Source of the DNA: Flavobacteriales bacterium
GTDB lineage: Bacteria > Bacteroidota > Bacteroidia > NS11-12g > UBA955
Direction: 5' to 3'
Assembly (NCBI GenBank): GCA_947447955.1
Contig: CANFLS010000003.1
Location: 21,048 to 85,047, forward strand
Length of the DNA stretch: 64,000 nt
A program made the translations under genes and the position numbers. The notes under the pieces were generated by a model, which did not search any database, was not told where the DNA came from, and saw nothing but the letters and a program-made list of their open reading frames with translations. This document shows, piece by piece, positions 30,457 through 40,386 of the stretch. Numbering within the stretch: the first letter of the stretch is position 1; every line of letters begins with the position of its first letter.

Positions 30457-32013
30457 TTACAAACTATTATTAATAATTTGTTTGTCACTATTAATTAGAA
30501 CATATCCAGTTAATGGCAAATTGGGGTCAGTTTCTAACTTAAGCCAGCGCTTGGTTCTTAACCACCATTTCATTCTAATAGAAGGCATTCCTGCTTTGAA
30601 ATAATGGGTAATAAGTGCATTGGCTCTCAGTGTAATCCCTTTTTGGTTCATATTGTCCCACAAATAGTTTACCTCGTTTTCAATTTTACCCAACAATTGA
30701 ACTGAACTATCAACCCTACCAGAACCCAAACAAGTGCTGCAGATTTCAGAAGTTGCAATTTCAATGGCTGGTCTTACGCGTTCACGGGTAAGTTGCACCA
30801 AGCCAAATTTGCTCATTGGTAAAATATTGTGACGTGCCCTATCTTTCGCCATTGCATCTCTTAATGCTGTATGCAATGCCGCTTTTTTCTTGGGATCTTT
30901 CATGTCAATGAAATCGATCACAATAATTCCACCCATATCTCTCAGGCGAATTTGTCGTGCAATTTCATCAACGGCTTCGGTATTTACTTTGAACACATTT
31001 TCTTCTCGATTTTGAGGATCGAAAGAAGTGTTTCCGCTATTCACGTCAATAACGTGAAGGGCTTCAGTGTGTTCAATAATTAAGTAAGCTCCACCAGAGA
31101 ATGGTATGTTTTTACCGAAAGAAGATTTAATTTGTTTGTTTACGCCGTATTGGTCGAAAATAGGGAGTTTCCCTTGGTAATGACGCAATATTTTGGCTGC
31201 ATCCATGTTGTATTTTTCAAGAGTTTTCTTGAGGGATGCATGAATTTCAGCATCATCAACTGAAATTTGTGTGAAAGAATCATTTAAGATATCTCTAAGC
31301 AGAGAGTCAACGCGGTTTGCGTTGCCAATTACTTTTTCACCAACTTTTGCCTTACGTAATCCAATAACCAATTCATCCCACTTTTTGAGCAAGTCGCGCA
31401 GATCTTTATCGAGTTCTTCAATAGCAACTCCTTCAGAAACGGTACGCACAATTACCCCAAAGTTTTTAGGTTTAATTGAATGCGCCAGATCTTTCAGGCG
31501 AGTTTTTTCTTTTACATTTCCTATTTTTTTAGAAATAGAAACTTGACGAGAAAAGGGGACGAGAATAAAGTATCGGCCAGGGAGAGAAATATCACAGGTA
31601 ATTTTGGGTCCTTTATTCGCAATAGGTTCTTTAATAACCTGCACGAGGGCCAATTCACCTGATCTAAGTACATTGCCTATTTTACCTGTTTTAACAGTTT
31701 GCTCTTCTAATTCAAAGCTATCTAAATCACCTGAATTGGGGTTTCCATCGAGGGTCATGCGGACAAATTTCTGCAATGACCGAACGTTGGGCCCTAAGTC
31801 GAAATAGGTTAGAAAGCCGTCTTTTTCTCCGCCAACATTTACAAATGCTGCATTTAGCGAAGGAGAGATTTTACGAACTTTCCCCAAGTAGAAGTCGCCC
31901 ACCTGGAAAGGTGAGTCAACTGCTTCTTTGTGAAACTCCGATAATTTTTTGTCAGACAGTAAGGCAATCTCTATTCCTGACGAACTCTTTTTTATTATTA
32001 ATTCGTTAGACAA
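30457..32013 (-). CDS. rng: ribonuclease E/G family
   Basis: S1 domain LNAAFVNVG, VQVIKEPI, VIDVNSG, LRDMGGIIVIDFIDM, CSTCLGSG. Confidence 0.92.
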   Translation of the reverse strand: MSNELIIKKSSSGIEIALLSDKKLSEFHKEAVDSPFQVGDFYLGKVRKISPSLNAAFVNVGGEKDGFLTYFDLGPNVRSLQKFVRMTLDGNPNSGDLDSFELEEQTVKTGKIGNVLRSGELALVQVIKEPIANKGPKITCDISLPGRYFILVPFSRQVSISKKIGNVKEKTRLKDLAHSIKPKNFGVIVRTVSEGVAIEELDKDLRDLLKKWDELVIGLRKAKVGEKVIGNANRVDSLLRDILNDSFTQISVDDAEIHASLKKTLEKYNMDAAKILRHYQGKLPIFDQYGVNKQIKSSFGKNIPFSGGAYLIIEHTEALHVIDVNSGNTSFDPQNREENVFKVNTEAVDEIARQIRLRDMGGIIVIDFIDMKDPKKKAALHTALRDAMAKDRARHNILPMSKFGLVQLTRERVRPAIEIATSEICSTCLGSGRVDSSVQLLGKIENEVNYLWDNMNQKGITLRANALITHYFKAGMPSIRMKWWLRTKRWLKLETDPNLPLTGYVLINSDKQIINNSL

Positions 32014-32030
32014 GATTGTTTAGTTATCGC

Positions 32031-32120
32031 TTATTTCTTTTTGTGACGATTCTTTCTCAAACGTTTTTTACGCTTGTGAGTAGCGATTTTATGTCTTTTT
32101 CTTTTTTTACCACTTGGCAT
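32031..32120 (-). CDS. small basic ribosomal protein bS22 (mS38/AURKAIP1-COX24-like), 29 aa; not in ORF track
   Basis: Hand translation MPSGKKRKRHKIATHKRKKRLRKNRHKKK*, between the TPR gene and rng on the same strand. Confidence 0.88.
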   Translation of the reverse strand: MPSGKKRKRHKIATHKRKKRLRKNRHKKK

Positions 32121-32138
32121 ATCTATAAATATTAAAGG

Positions 32139-32945
32139 TTATTGTTTTTGATTTTTTTGACTTTTCACCGCTAAATTCAAATAAATTTTCGCGTTTGTAG
32201 AGTCTCCCAGGTTTCCATAAATGTCGCTTGTTTCAAACAACCAATAAGGATTTTGGGGTTGCAAAGATACCAATTTTTGGGACTTTTTTATCGCTTTTTC
32301 CCATTGTTGTGATTTTTTTAATAAATTGAGGTGAATGAAATTCAACTCAATGTTATTACTATCAATGAGTAACGACTCTTTTAGCGTGGCTAAAAATTGC
32401 ATAGGTTGGTTTAAATATTCGCTTTGATAGATAATTAACGCATTGCGTAGTTCCATATTTTTCGAATTTTGAGCCAATCCTTTGTCAATTAAAATTTTTC
32501 CTTGTTGAAAAAGGAAACCACTAATTTTTTTATTATCGCTGTATTCAGCAGCGGTAAAAATAAGCTGACGCGCTATTTCGGTTTCTTTCCCTTCTTTAAA
32601 AAGCGCAAATAAATCGTAACTAATAACGGCAACCAATGCGTGGTTCTGAGTTTCCTCTGCCCATTTCAATGCTTTTTTAGAACTATCAGCCGGCATTGAT
32701 CCTCCCGGAGAAAGTAAAATTCTAGAAATGTCAATAGGAGGTTTCGTTTTATCAAAAACAGCATTTAAAAAGGCAACACGATCTACTGGCTCATTTTGTG
32801 ATCCACCCATTTGCATGGATGGATTCTTAGAGTCAGTAGATGGTGTTGCCTGAGAGGACTTCCAACGGTTAAATGTGAAAGCAAATGTTAACACAGCAGC
32901 AGAAGCAACAGCGATAACAATCTCTTTAGAAGGTTTTTTCACCAA
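32139..32945 (-). CDS. TPR-like helical-repeat membrane-anchored protein
   Basis: N-terminal TM, C-terminal TPR-like helices (QWEKAIKK...QPQNP); usual position between HU and rng. Confidence 0.65.
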   Translation of the reverse strand: MVKKPSKEIVIAVASAAVLTFAFTFNRWKSSQATPSTDSKNPSMQMGGSQNEPVDRVAFLNAVFDKTKPPIDISRILLSPGGSMPADSSKKALKWAEETQNHALVAVISYDLFALFKEGKETEIARQLIFTAAEYSDNKKISGFLFQQGKILIDKGLAQNSKNMELRNALIIYQSEYLNQPMQFLATLKESLLIDSNNIELNFIHLNLLKKSQQWEKAIKKSQKLVSLQPQNPYWLFETSDIYGNLGDSTNAKIYLNLAVKSQKNQKQ

Positions 32946-32967
32946 GTTTAATTAAAGCAGAAATTGC

Positions 32968-33267
32968 TTATAATTTGTCATTCAAAACCTTGCTTTCTTT
33001 CACTTGTCCAGCGAATTCTTTTGCAGGTTTAAAACGTGCTACAAAATGAGCAGGAACAACCAAAGAAGTATTACGTTTGATATTACGCGCAACTTTAGTT
33101 TTTCTTTCTTTTAACTCAAATGTACCAAATCCCCTTAAATAGATGTTATTACCATTTACCATAGAGTTTTTTACAACAACAAATAAGTTGTCAATAGTGT
33201 CCGCAATAGCAGTCTTTTCAAGACCGGTGCGAACCGCAATTTCGTTTACAATTTCAGACTTTGTCAT
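32968..33267 (-). CDS. HU/IHF family DNA-binding protein
   Basis: MTKSEIV, IYLRGFGTF, ARNIKRN, FKPAKEF. Confidence 0.93.
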   Translation of the reverse strand: MTKSEIVNEIAVRTGLEKTAIADTIDNLFVVVKNSMVNGNNIYLRGFGTFELKERKTKVARNIKRNTSLVVPAHFVARFKPAKEFAGQVKESKVLNDKL

Positions 33268-33316
33268 GATTCAATGTGCAAAAAAAATAAATATTCCCGT
33301 TTTTTGCACAATATTT

Positions 33317-34360
33317 ATGCAAAATGTTATCCCTAATTTGTTGACGTGGTACAAAAAAGTACACAGGAAGCTTCCGTGGCGTGAAACGTCAAACCCTTAT
33401 TATATATGGGTTTCAGAGGTTATTTTACAGCAAACTAGGGTCGAACAAGGGCGTGAATACTATTTAAAATTTGTCGATAAATTTCCTGATATTTTTTCGT
33501 TGGCAAGGGCCGAGGAGTCAGAAATCCTGAAAATTTGGCAAGGATTGGGATATTATGCCCGTGCCAGGAATATGCATTTCGCTGCAAAACAAATGGTTGA
33601 TTTGCACCAAGGAAATTTCCCGAATGATTATTTTGAAATCAAAAATTTACGTGGAATTGGCGATTATACGGCTGCCGCAATTGCCTCTTTTGCCTTCAAA
33701 CAACATTACCCGGCAATTGATGGAAATGTGAAGCGGGTTACAGCGCGTTTTTATGGAATTGACCTTCCAATTTCTTCTCCGGCGTTCTATAAATTGGTTG
33801 AAAAAGAATTGTTCCTAGCTATAAAAACTACCGAGCCAGATATTTTCAATCAGGCCATGATTGAACTAGGTGCAATGGTTTGCACTCCCGTTAATCCCAA
33901 ATGCGATATTTGCCCAATTCAATCAGAATGCGTTGCATTTAAATTTGATAAAACATTGGAACTGCCAAATAATCCCCCAAAAAAGAAACCGATACGGAAA
34001 TATTTGCACTTTTTTTATATTGAAGCGGAGGGACATTTGGTTTTGCAACAAAGACCAAGCGAAGGAATTTGGGGTGGGCTTAACGAATTCCCTTGTATTG
34101 AATCACTTGGGGTAGATGAAATTCCAGAAAATATGATGGAATATTTGGGCCTTGAGAATGGTTCTTTTGAAATTGTTGACAATTTTGAATTCAAACATTT
34201 GCTTACCCATCAAACAATTTTTGCCAAACTTTGGCACATAAAAGTAAATACAAAGAATATTCTAACTTCGAAGAATTGGAATTTGATAAAAATTAATGAT
34301 ATTCGTACCTTTCCACTACACAAATTGATGGTGAAAATTTTAGATAAATTGCACTTATAA
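33317..34360 (+). CDS. mutY: A/G-specific adenine glycosylase
   Basis: WVSEVILQQT, WQGLGYYARARN, GIGDYTAAAI, DGNVKRV, CxxxxPxCxxCPxxxxC Fe-S motif. Start at MQNVIP. Confidence 0.95.
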   Translation: MQNVIPNLLTWYKKVHRKLPWRETSNPYYIWVSEVILQQTRVEQGREYYLKFVDKFPDIFSLARAEESEILKIWQGLGYYARARNMHFAAKQMVDLHQGNFPNDYFEIKNLRGIGDYTAAAIASFAFKQHYPAIDGNVKRVTARFYGIDLPISSPAFYKLVEKELFLAIKTTEPDIFNQAMIELGAMVCTPVNPKCDICPIQSECVAFKFDKTLELPNNPPKKKPIRKYLHFFYIEAEGHLVLQQRPSEGIWGGLNEFPCIESLGVDEIPENMMEYLGLENGSFEIVDNFEFKHLLTHQTIFAKLWHIKVNTKNILTSKNWNLIKINDIRTFPLHKLMVKILDKLHL

Positions 34361-34370
34361 ATTGAATTCT

Positions 34371-34784
34371 ATGATTAACAAAGTTATTCTTTTGGGACGT
34401 TTGGGTAAAGATCCAGTAATTCGTAAACTCGATAATGGCAGAATTGTTGCCAATGTTTCTTTGGCAACCAATGATTTTTATACCAAAGATGGCCAAAGAA
34501 TGGAAAGTACCGAATGGCATAATTTAGAAATGTGGGATCAACAAGCGTTAACCGCTGAAAAGTATTTCAAAAAAGGCAATATCTTGTATGTGGAAGGTAA
34601 AATTCGCACCGATAAATATGTTGATGCGGAAGGAATTGAAAAGCAATTGCGCAAAATACGCGTAACTAGTTTTCAAATGATGAGCAGCATGGGTGGTGGC
34701 GGATCAAATGATCAAAATAAACCTGTTGATTCAATGGGTGACCACCTCAAGGGAGATGTTGAAAACGATAATCATTTAAGTTAA
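34371..34784 (+). CDS. ssb: single-stranded DNA-binding protein
   Basis: NKVILLGRLGKDP, TEWH, LYVEGKIRT. Confidence 0.93.
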   Translation: MINKVILLGRLGKDPVIRKLDNGRIVANVSLATNDFYTKDGQRMESTEWHNLEMWDQQALTAEKYFKKGNILYVEGKIRTDKYVDAEGIEKQLRKIRVTSFQMMSSMGGGGSNDQNKPVDSMGDHLKGDVENDNHLS

Positions 34785-34787
34785 TCA

Positions 34788-36119
34788 ATGGACGACGCCG
34801 GCCCTCAAGCCTTAACTACGGGATTGGGAATTCTGAAAGATATTCCCTCCGAAAATATTCCCACAATTGTTGGACTTTTTTTAGCCATGCTTTTGTGCTT
34901 GGTAATTTCTTCCATTTGTGCAGCATCTGAAAATGCATTTTTCTCTCACAAAGAGAATGATTTGGAAGAGTTAGAGCAATCTAAAGATAGAAAATCTGTA
35001 GCTATTTTAAAACTGCTGAGCAAGCCAAAACATCTTTTGGCAACCATTTTATTGCTGAATAGTTTGGTTATTGTTGCTTTTGTTATTCTTTCTAAATTGT
35101 TTTATGAGAATATTTTAAATAACGACAAATATCCTTGGTTGGAGTTTTTTATCGATACCATTTTGGTAACATTGGTTATTTTAATTTTTGGTGAAGTAAT
35201 GCCAAAAGTTTATGCAACCCAAAATTATAAGAAATCTGCAAAATTTTTGGTTGTTCCAATGAGCTCTTTCTATTGGATACTTTATCCGTTTACCTCAGTT
35301 TTGGAAAAAGTAGGTGAATTTTTAGAAAAGAATGCCAAAAGAACAGCTCCAGAATTAACGTCAGAAGAACTTTCGCATGCCATTGATTTGACAACCGATG
35401 AAGATGATGCGAAACAAGAAAAGGAAATTCTTAAAGGAATTGTGAATATGGGAAATATTCAAGTGAAGCAAATTATGGTTTCGCGATTGGATATGATTGC
35501 CTTAGATATTGAAGATGACTTTGAAACTGTGCTCAAGCGAACCCGTGAAATGGGATATTCGAGAATGCCAGTTTTTAAAGAAAACTTAGATCAAATTGTT
35601 GGGGTGTTGAATGTGAAAAATTTATTACCTCATTTAAATGAGAAAAACGACTTTCATTGGCAATCGCTCATTTTTGCTCCGTTTTTCATTCCTGAAAACA
35701 AGGCCATTGACGATTTGCTGCAAGAACTTAGAACCAAGCATGCGCATATTGCAATCGTGGTTGATGAGTTCGGCGGAACCTCGGGAATGGTAACGCTAGA
35801 AGATGTTCTTGAAGAGGTTTTTGGTGAACTAAATGATGAGTTTGATGAGCAAACTCCAGATTATATTAAGGTGAATAATTTCACTTATATTTACGAAGGA
35901 AAAACCTTAATTGTTGACTTTTTGAGAGAAACAGGATTGTCTGTTTCATTATTTGATTCACTTGAAATTGAATCAGATACCTTGGCGGGATTGATTACTG
36001 AATTCAAAGGACTCATTCCTAAAAAAGGCGAAAATATCACAATTGAAAATGTTCAATTTATTGTGGAGGCAGCCGATCCCCGCAAAGTGAAAAAAATAAG
36101 AGTAATTTTACCACAATGA
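34788..36119 (+). CDS. gldE: gliding-motility-associated CNNM/CBS/CorC protein GldE
   Basis: ASENAFFS, FGEVMPK, CBS pair with VVDEFGGTSG, CorC domain; adjacent to gldD. Confidence 0.88.
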   Translation: MDDAGPQALTTGLGILKDIPSENIPTIVGLFLAMLLCLVISSICAASENAFFSHKENDLEELEQSKDRKSVAILKLLSKPKHLLATILLLNSLVIVAFVILSKLFYENILNNDKYPWLEFFIDTILVTLVILIFGEVMPKVYATQNYKKSAKFLVVPMSSFYWILYPFTSVLEKVGEFLEKNAKRTAPELTSEELSHAIDLTTDEDDAKQEKEILKGIVNMGNIQVKQIMVSRLDMIALDIEDDFETVLKRTREMGYSRMPVFKENLDQIVGVLNVKNLLPHLNEKNDFHWQSLIFAPFFIPENKAIDDLLQELRTKHAHIAIVVDEFGGTSGMVTLEDVLEEVFGELNDEFDEQTPDYIKVNNFTYIYEGKTLIVDFLRETGLSVSLFDSLEIESDTLAGLITEFKGLIPKKGENITIENVQFIVEAADPRKVKKIRVILPQ

Positions 36120-36697
36120 TGATTCGTGTTTTTATAGTGCTCATGTTAGGTTTTTTTGGGTCGTGTTCTTCAACCGATAACTACGTTCCAAAGCCACATG
36201 CTTATCCAAAACTGACATTGCCGCACAAGAAATATTTCAAATTCGAGAGTGAAAATTGTCCTTTTACATTCAATATCCCTCATTATGGAATCATGCTGCC
36301 CGACGAAAATGCAAAAGGCAAGAATTGGTATAATTTACATTTTCCAACATTGAATGCAACCTTGCATTTAACATACTACAATTTTAAAAATTGGGCAACG
36401 TATGATTCATTGTTGTCGGATTCGAGAAGTTTGGTAAATAAACATTTGCAAAAAGCCGAAGACATTATTGAAGAGCCAGTTTCGAATTTTAATCCCAAAG
36501 TTCAGGGATTGGTGTTTCATATTCAAGGGAATACAGCAACCAATTTGAATTTCTTTACAACAGATAGCAGTAAGCATTTTTTACGCGGTGCGTTGTATTT
36601 TAACAAACAAACTCAGTCTGACTCAATTTATCCAGTTTTTCAATTTCTTGAGAAAGATGTAAATGAATTGTTGAAATCGTTTGAGTGGAAGAAATAA
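36116..36697 (+). CDS. gldD: gliding motility lipoprotein GldD
   Basis: Lipobox GSC, PKPHAYP, CPFTF, TDSSKHFLRGALYF. Confidence 0.9.
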   Translation: MMIRVFIVLMLGFFGSCSSTDNYVPKPHAYPKLTLPHKKYFKFESENCPFTFNIPHYGIMLPDENAKGKNWYNLHFPTLNATLHLTYYNFKNWATYDSLLSDSRSLVNKHLQKAEDIIEEPVSNFNPKVQGLVFHIQGNTATNLNFFTTDSSKHFLRGALYFNKQTQSDSIYPVFQFLEKDVNELLKSFEWKK

Positions 36698-36727
36698 CCC
36701 ATTTAATTTCACGTTTAATATCATAAG

Positions 36728-38626
36728 ATGATAAAAAAGTTTTTATTGGTTTTTATAGGATTGTCTACTTTATCACTGTTTGCTCAGTCAAAAAAGAAAT
36801 GCCAAGAATTGCAGGATAAGGCCTATGCCGACTTTCAAGCGGGAATGTACAACGATGCATTGTCTTCTATCAAAAAATCAATTAAATGTGATCCAAATGC
36901 ATCTACGGCTTATGCCATTCAAGCCGAAATTTATGAAACTATAAAAGACAGTGCGAATGCTATTAAATCGCATAAAATGTGCATCAAAACCGATACGCTT
37001 TATCAGTCGAGTTACTATTATTACGCTTTTTATCTCTTTAGAATGTCTCGATTTGATGAGTCATTGGCTGCGCTTGCTCAGTATGATAAAGTCCCTCAAA
37101 TGAAAGATTTTGACAAATCTAGGGATGCTGCTTCTGCCAGTATGAAAGGGAAGGTAGATAGGTTGAGAGCCTCAATTGAAATGGCGAAAAAAGACCTAGG
37201 TGATTTATTGAAAATGGAAATCCAAAACATGGGTGAATCCATCAATTCTTCATTAAATGAATATTGGCCTGGAATGCCAATTAATGGAAATACATTCGTA
37301 TTTACCCGTTTGGTAAACAACCAAGAAGATTTTTATGTAGCCAAAATGGGTGCAAATGGCTGGGAAAAAGCCCGTTTTGCTCCGGGTAAAATCAATACGA
37401 TTGAAAATGAAGGCACGAATTCTGTATATTTCGGAGCCAAAGAACAATTGATGTTCTATACCGTTTGTAACCAAGGTGGTTATGGTAGCTGCGATTTGTT
37501 TTACTCTGAAATGAGTAACGAAAAATGGGGCGAACGAAAAAACATGGGAGAAGTTGTGAACTCATCCCAATGGGATGCCCAACCTTCAATTAGCGGCGAT
37601 GGCAATAAAATAATTTTTTCAAGTGCAAGACCGGGTGGAATGGGAGGGAAGGATTTATGGATGACCCAAAAGGTGAATGGTGCATGGACCAAACCAGTGA
37701 ATTTAGGACCTACCATTAATACCAAACTCGATGAGGAAGCTCCATTTATTCACTATGATGGGGTAACCCTTTATTTTGCAAGCAATGGACACCCAGGATA
37801 TGGCAAACATGATATTTTTATGTCGCGCTTGTCTGATGATGGATCATGGGCCAAACCAGAAAATTTAGGCAAAGGTGTAAATACCTCCCAAGATGACGTT
37901 GGTTTTTATGTAGATGCTTCGGCACAGAAAGCCTATTTTGCTTCTGCCAGAGATGGCGGATTTGGTGGTTTGGATATTTACTCAATCAAATTAATTGACA
38001 AATTCAAGCCAAAACCAGTTAATTATTTACTTGGTAAAGTCATTGACAAGGAAACCAAAAAGCCAATTTCGGCGAAAGTTCGCTTGGTGAATTTACAAAC
38101 TCAAAAGGTTATTTTCCAAGACAGCGTTTCAACATTTTTAATTCCGGTAAATGCTGGAAACAATTATGCATTGCACTCAATGGCAAAAGGATATATGCTC
38201 GATTCAAGAAATTTTCAACCTACAGAATCTACCATTGATAAACCCTATATCGTTGAAGCATTATTGGAGCGGATAAAAACCAATCAAATTGTTACCTTGA
38301 ATAATATTTTCTTCGATATTGATAAATACGATTTGAAACCGGAAAGCGATGTTGAATTAAAAACGGTTTTGCAATTGTTAACGGCCAATCCAACAATGAA
38401 AATTGAAATTTCAGGGCATACAGACAATACGGGTTCAGAAGTTCACAACAAGGAACTATCGGCAAATAGGGCTACCGCATTAAAGTTGTTTTTGGAAAAA
38501 TTGGGAATAGCGCCGTTAAGGTTACTTGCAAAAGGTTATGGTGCTTCTAAACCCAATGAATCAAACGATACTGAAGCGGGTAGAGCAAAAAACCGAAGAA
38601 TAGAAATCCGAATTTTAAACCTATAA
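36728..38626 (+). CDS. TPR-PD40-OmpA protein (PorE-like)
   Basis: TPR, several PD40 repeats (FSSARPGGMGGKDLW, FASNGHPG), carboxypeptidase-regulatory-like domain, OmpA domain (ISGHTD, LSANRA, NRRIE). Confidence 0.85.
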   Translation: MIKKFLLVFIGLSTLSLFAQSKKKCQELQDKAYADFQAGMYNDALSSIKKSIKCDPNASTAYAIQAEIYETIKDSANAIKSHKMCIKTDTLYQSSYYYYAFYLFRMSRFDESLAALAQYDKVPQMKDFDKSRDAASASMKGKVDRLRASIEMAKKDLGDLLKMEIQNMGESINSSLNEYWPGMPINGNTFVFTRLVNNQEDFYVAKMGANGWEKARFAPGKINTIENEGTNSVYFGAKEQLMFYTVCNQGGYGSCDLFYSEMSNEKWGERKNMGEVVNSSQWDAQPSISGDGNKIIFSSARPGGMGGKDLWMTQKVNGAWTKPVNLGPTINTKLDEEAPFIHYDGVTLYFASNGHPGYGKHDIFMSRLSDDGSWAKPENLGKGVNTSQDDVGFYVDASAQKAYFASARDGGFGGLDIYSIKLIDKFKPKPVNYLLGKVIDKETKKPISAKVRLVNLQTQKVIFQDSVSTFLIPVNAGNNYALHSMAKGYMLDSRNFQPTESTIDKPYIVEALLERIKTNQIVTLNNIFFDIDKYDLKPESDVELKTVLQLLTANPTMKIEISGHTDNTGSEVHNKELSANRATALKLFLEKLGIAPLRLLAKGYGASKPNESNDTEAGRAKNRRIEIRILNL

Positions 38627-38688
38627 ACGAGTTCGTTGATTTTTAAGAAGCTCAAATTGAATCATTTGCATTTTTTTGAGTTTTGTTG

Positions 38689-38718
38689 TGCAATTTTGCC
38701 ATCGTTTAGTCGTCTTAT
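38689..38718 (+). promoter_or_regulatory. putative ECF-sigma promoter TGCAAT-N16-CGTCT
   Basis: TGCAAT at 38689, 16-nt spacer, CGTCTTAT at 38711, upstream of the T9SS cargo operon. Resembles the generic ECF consensus. Confidence 0.45.
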
Positions 38719-38753
38719 TCGCTAAAGACTCAATATTTATTTTTTAGACAAGT

Positions 38754-40385
38754 ATGAATTTTAGAAAAATACTATTTGCTTTATTGTTGATTGGTTTAGG
38801 ATCAAAAGCAAATGCGCAAAATTGCAATGTTATTTTAGGTAGACCCACCGACACATCAATGACGGCCAATGTGCTGTTTGATCAAAATGTAACCACCTAT
38901 CTCGAGTATGGTTTGGTTTCGGGAAGTTATACAATGTCAACCTCCCCAATCAATGTAAATGCAAGCGTTGCAACCGACATTGATATGCGTTTCTTGAAGG
39001 GTAATACCCGTTATTATTACCAAGTGAAATTTAAGAAAACAGGTGCTGCGAGCTATTTAAATACACCTGAATATAGCTTTATTACACAAAGAGCCAAAGG
39101 TGAAACTTTTACTTTTACCCTAGAGGCTGATGAACATTTGTACGACAAAAAAGGGGTGAAAAATATGTATGAAGTTTGCTTGCAAAACCAAGCGAATGAC
39201 AAACCCGATTTTATGATGTCGTTGGGCGATATTTTTGGCGATGACCACAATCCCAAAACAATTACTTCAGCTGAACTAAAAGCCTTGCACGAAGATTACA
39301 GACCTTTTTTAGGTAAATTATGTCACTCAATACCATTTTATGTTTGCCTAGGAAATCATGAAGGCGAAATGGATTATTGGTTGGCTCAAGCGCCTCCAAA
39401 CAATATGGCAATCAATGCAACTCTTTGGAGAAAATATTACTACCCAAATCCGTACCCAAATTCTTTTTATTCAGGAAATCCAAACCAAGAGCCTTATGGT
39501 GTTGGCAATCCAGAAAACTACTATGCTTGGACATGGGGAGATGCACAATTTATTGTTCTAGATGCTTATAGAGATCAGTGCGATTCATCGGCGAAACCAC
39601 AAGGCTGGAATTGGTCATTGGGCAAGCCTCAATACGATTGGTTGAAAAAAACATTGGAATCGAGCACCTCTAAATACAAGTTTGTATTTTGTCATCATGT
39701 TCGCGGACAAGGTAGGGGCGGCGTTACCAATGCCAAATTATTTGAATGGGGTGGATATGAACAAAACGGTACTTCTTATACGTTTGATTCGAAAAGACCA
39801 GGCTGGGGTAAGCCTATTCACAAGTTGTTTGTAGATAACGGAGTAAATATCTTTTTCCAAGGTCATGACCATGTATTTGCCCATGAAGTGTTAGACGGGG
39901 TAACTTACCAAGAAGTTCCAATGGCTGCCGATTCTACCTATATGATTGGAAAATTGGCCAATGCCGATGCCTATGTTTCAGATACTCTCGACGGTACTGG
40001 ACATTTGAGGGTTGTGGTTTCTCAGGCATGTGTGAAAGTTGAATATGTGAAAGCGTATTTACCAAAAGACACAGTTTCTGGTGACCATAAAAATGCAGAA
40101 ATTGGATTTTCGTATAGCATCGGTACTTGTCCCTCAAATACCTTAAATCCACTCGACAAAGATGCGGTTAAGGTATATCCAAACCCTGGAACTTCTTTGA
40201 TGTCTGTATTGTTTAGAGAGAATATTATAAATCCTTCAATGGATTTGTATTCAGCCACAGGACAACATGTGATGAAATTGGCATCGAAAGATTTTGATGT
40301 AAGCACTTTAGAAAGTGGGATTTATTTCTTGAAAATAGAAACGGAAACATCAAGATTAACCACCAAAATTATTGTCAATCATTAA
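38754..40385 (+). CDS. T9SS-secreted calcineurin-like metallophosphoesterase (FN3/PAP-N + catalytic domain)
   Basis: Signal ANA-Q; ADEH, LGD, GNHE, HH, GHDH motifs; CTD VYPNP...SGIYFLKI...TTKIIV. Confidence 0.85.
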   Translation: MNFRKILFALLLIGLGSKANAQNCNVILGRPTDTSMTANVLFDQNVTTYLEYGLVSGSYTMSTSPINVNASVATDIDMRFLKGNTRYYYQVKFKKTGAASYLNTPEYSFITQRAKGETFTFTLEADEHLYDKKGVKNMYEVCLQNQANDKPDFMMSLGDIFGDDHNPKTITSAELKALHEDYRPFLGKLCHSIPFYVCLGNHEGEMDYWLAQAPPNNMAINATLWRKYYYPNPYPNSFYSGNPNQEPYGVGNPENYYAWTWGDAQFIVLDAYRDQCDSSAKPQGWNWSLGKPQYDWLKKTLESSTSKYKFVFCHHVRGQGRGGVTNAKLFEWGGYEQNGTSYTFDSKRPGWGKPIHKLFVDNGVNIFFQGHDHVFAHEVLDGVTYQEVPMAADSTYMIGKLANADAYVSDTLDGTGHLRVVVSQACVKVEYVKAYLPKDTVSGDHKNAEIGFSYSIGTCPSNTLNPLDKDAVKVYPNPGTSLMSVLFRENIINPSMDLYSATGQHVMKLASKDFDVSTLESGIYFLKIETETSRLTTKIIVNH

Positions 40386-40386
40386 A

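Noticed and set aside
33143..33316. N-terminal extension of mutY overlapping the HU gene
   Set aside because: Longest-ORF artefact; the recognisable MutY sequence and a promoter-like TTTTTTGC support ATG 33317.
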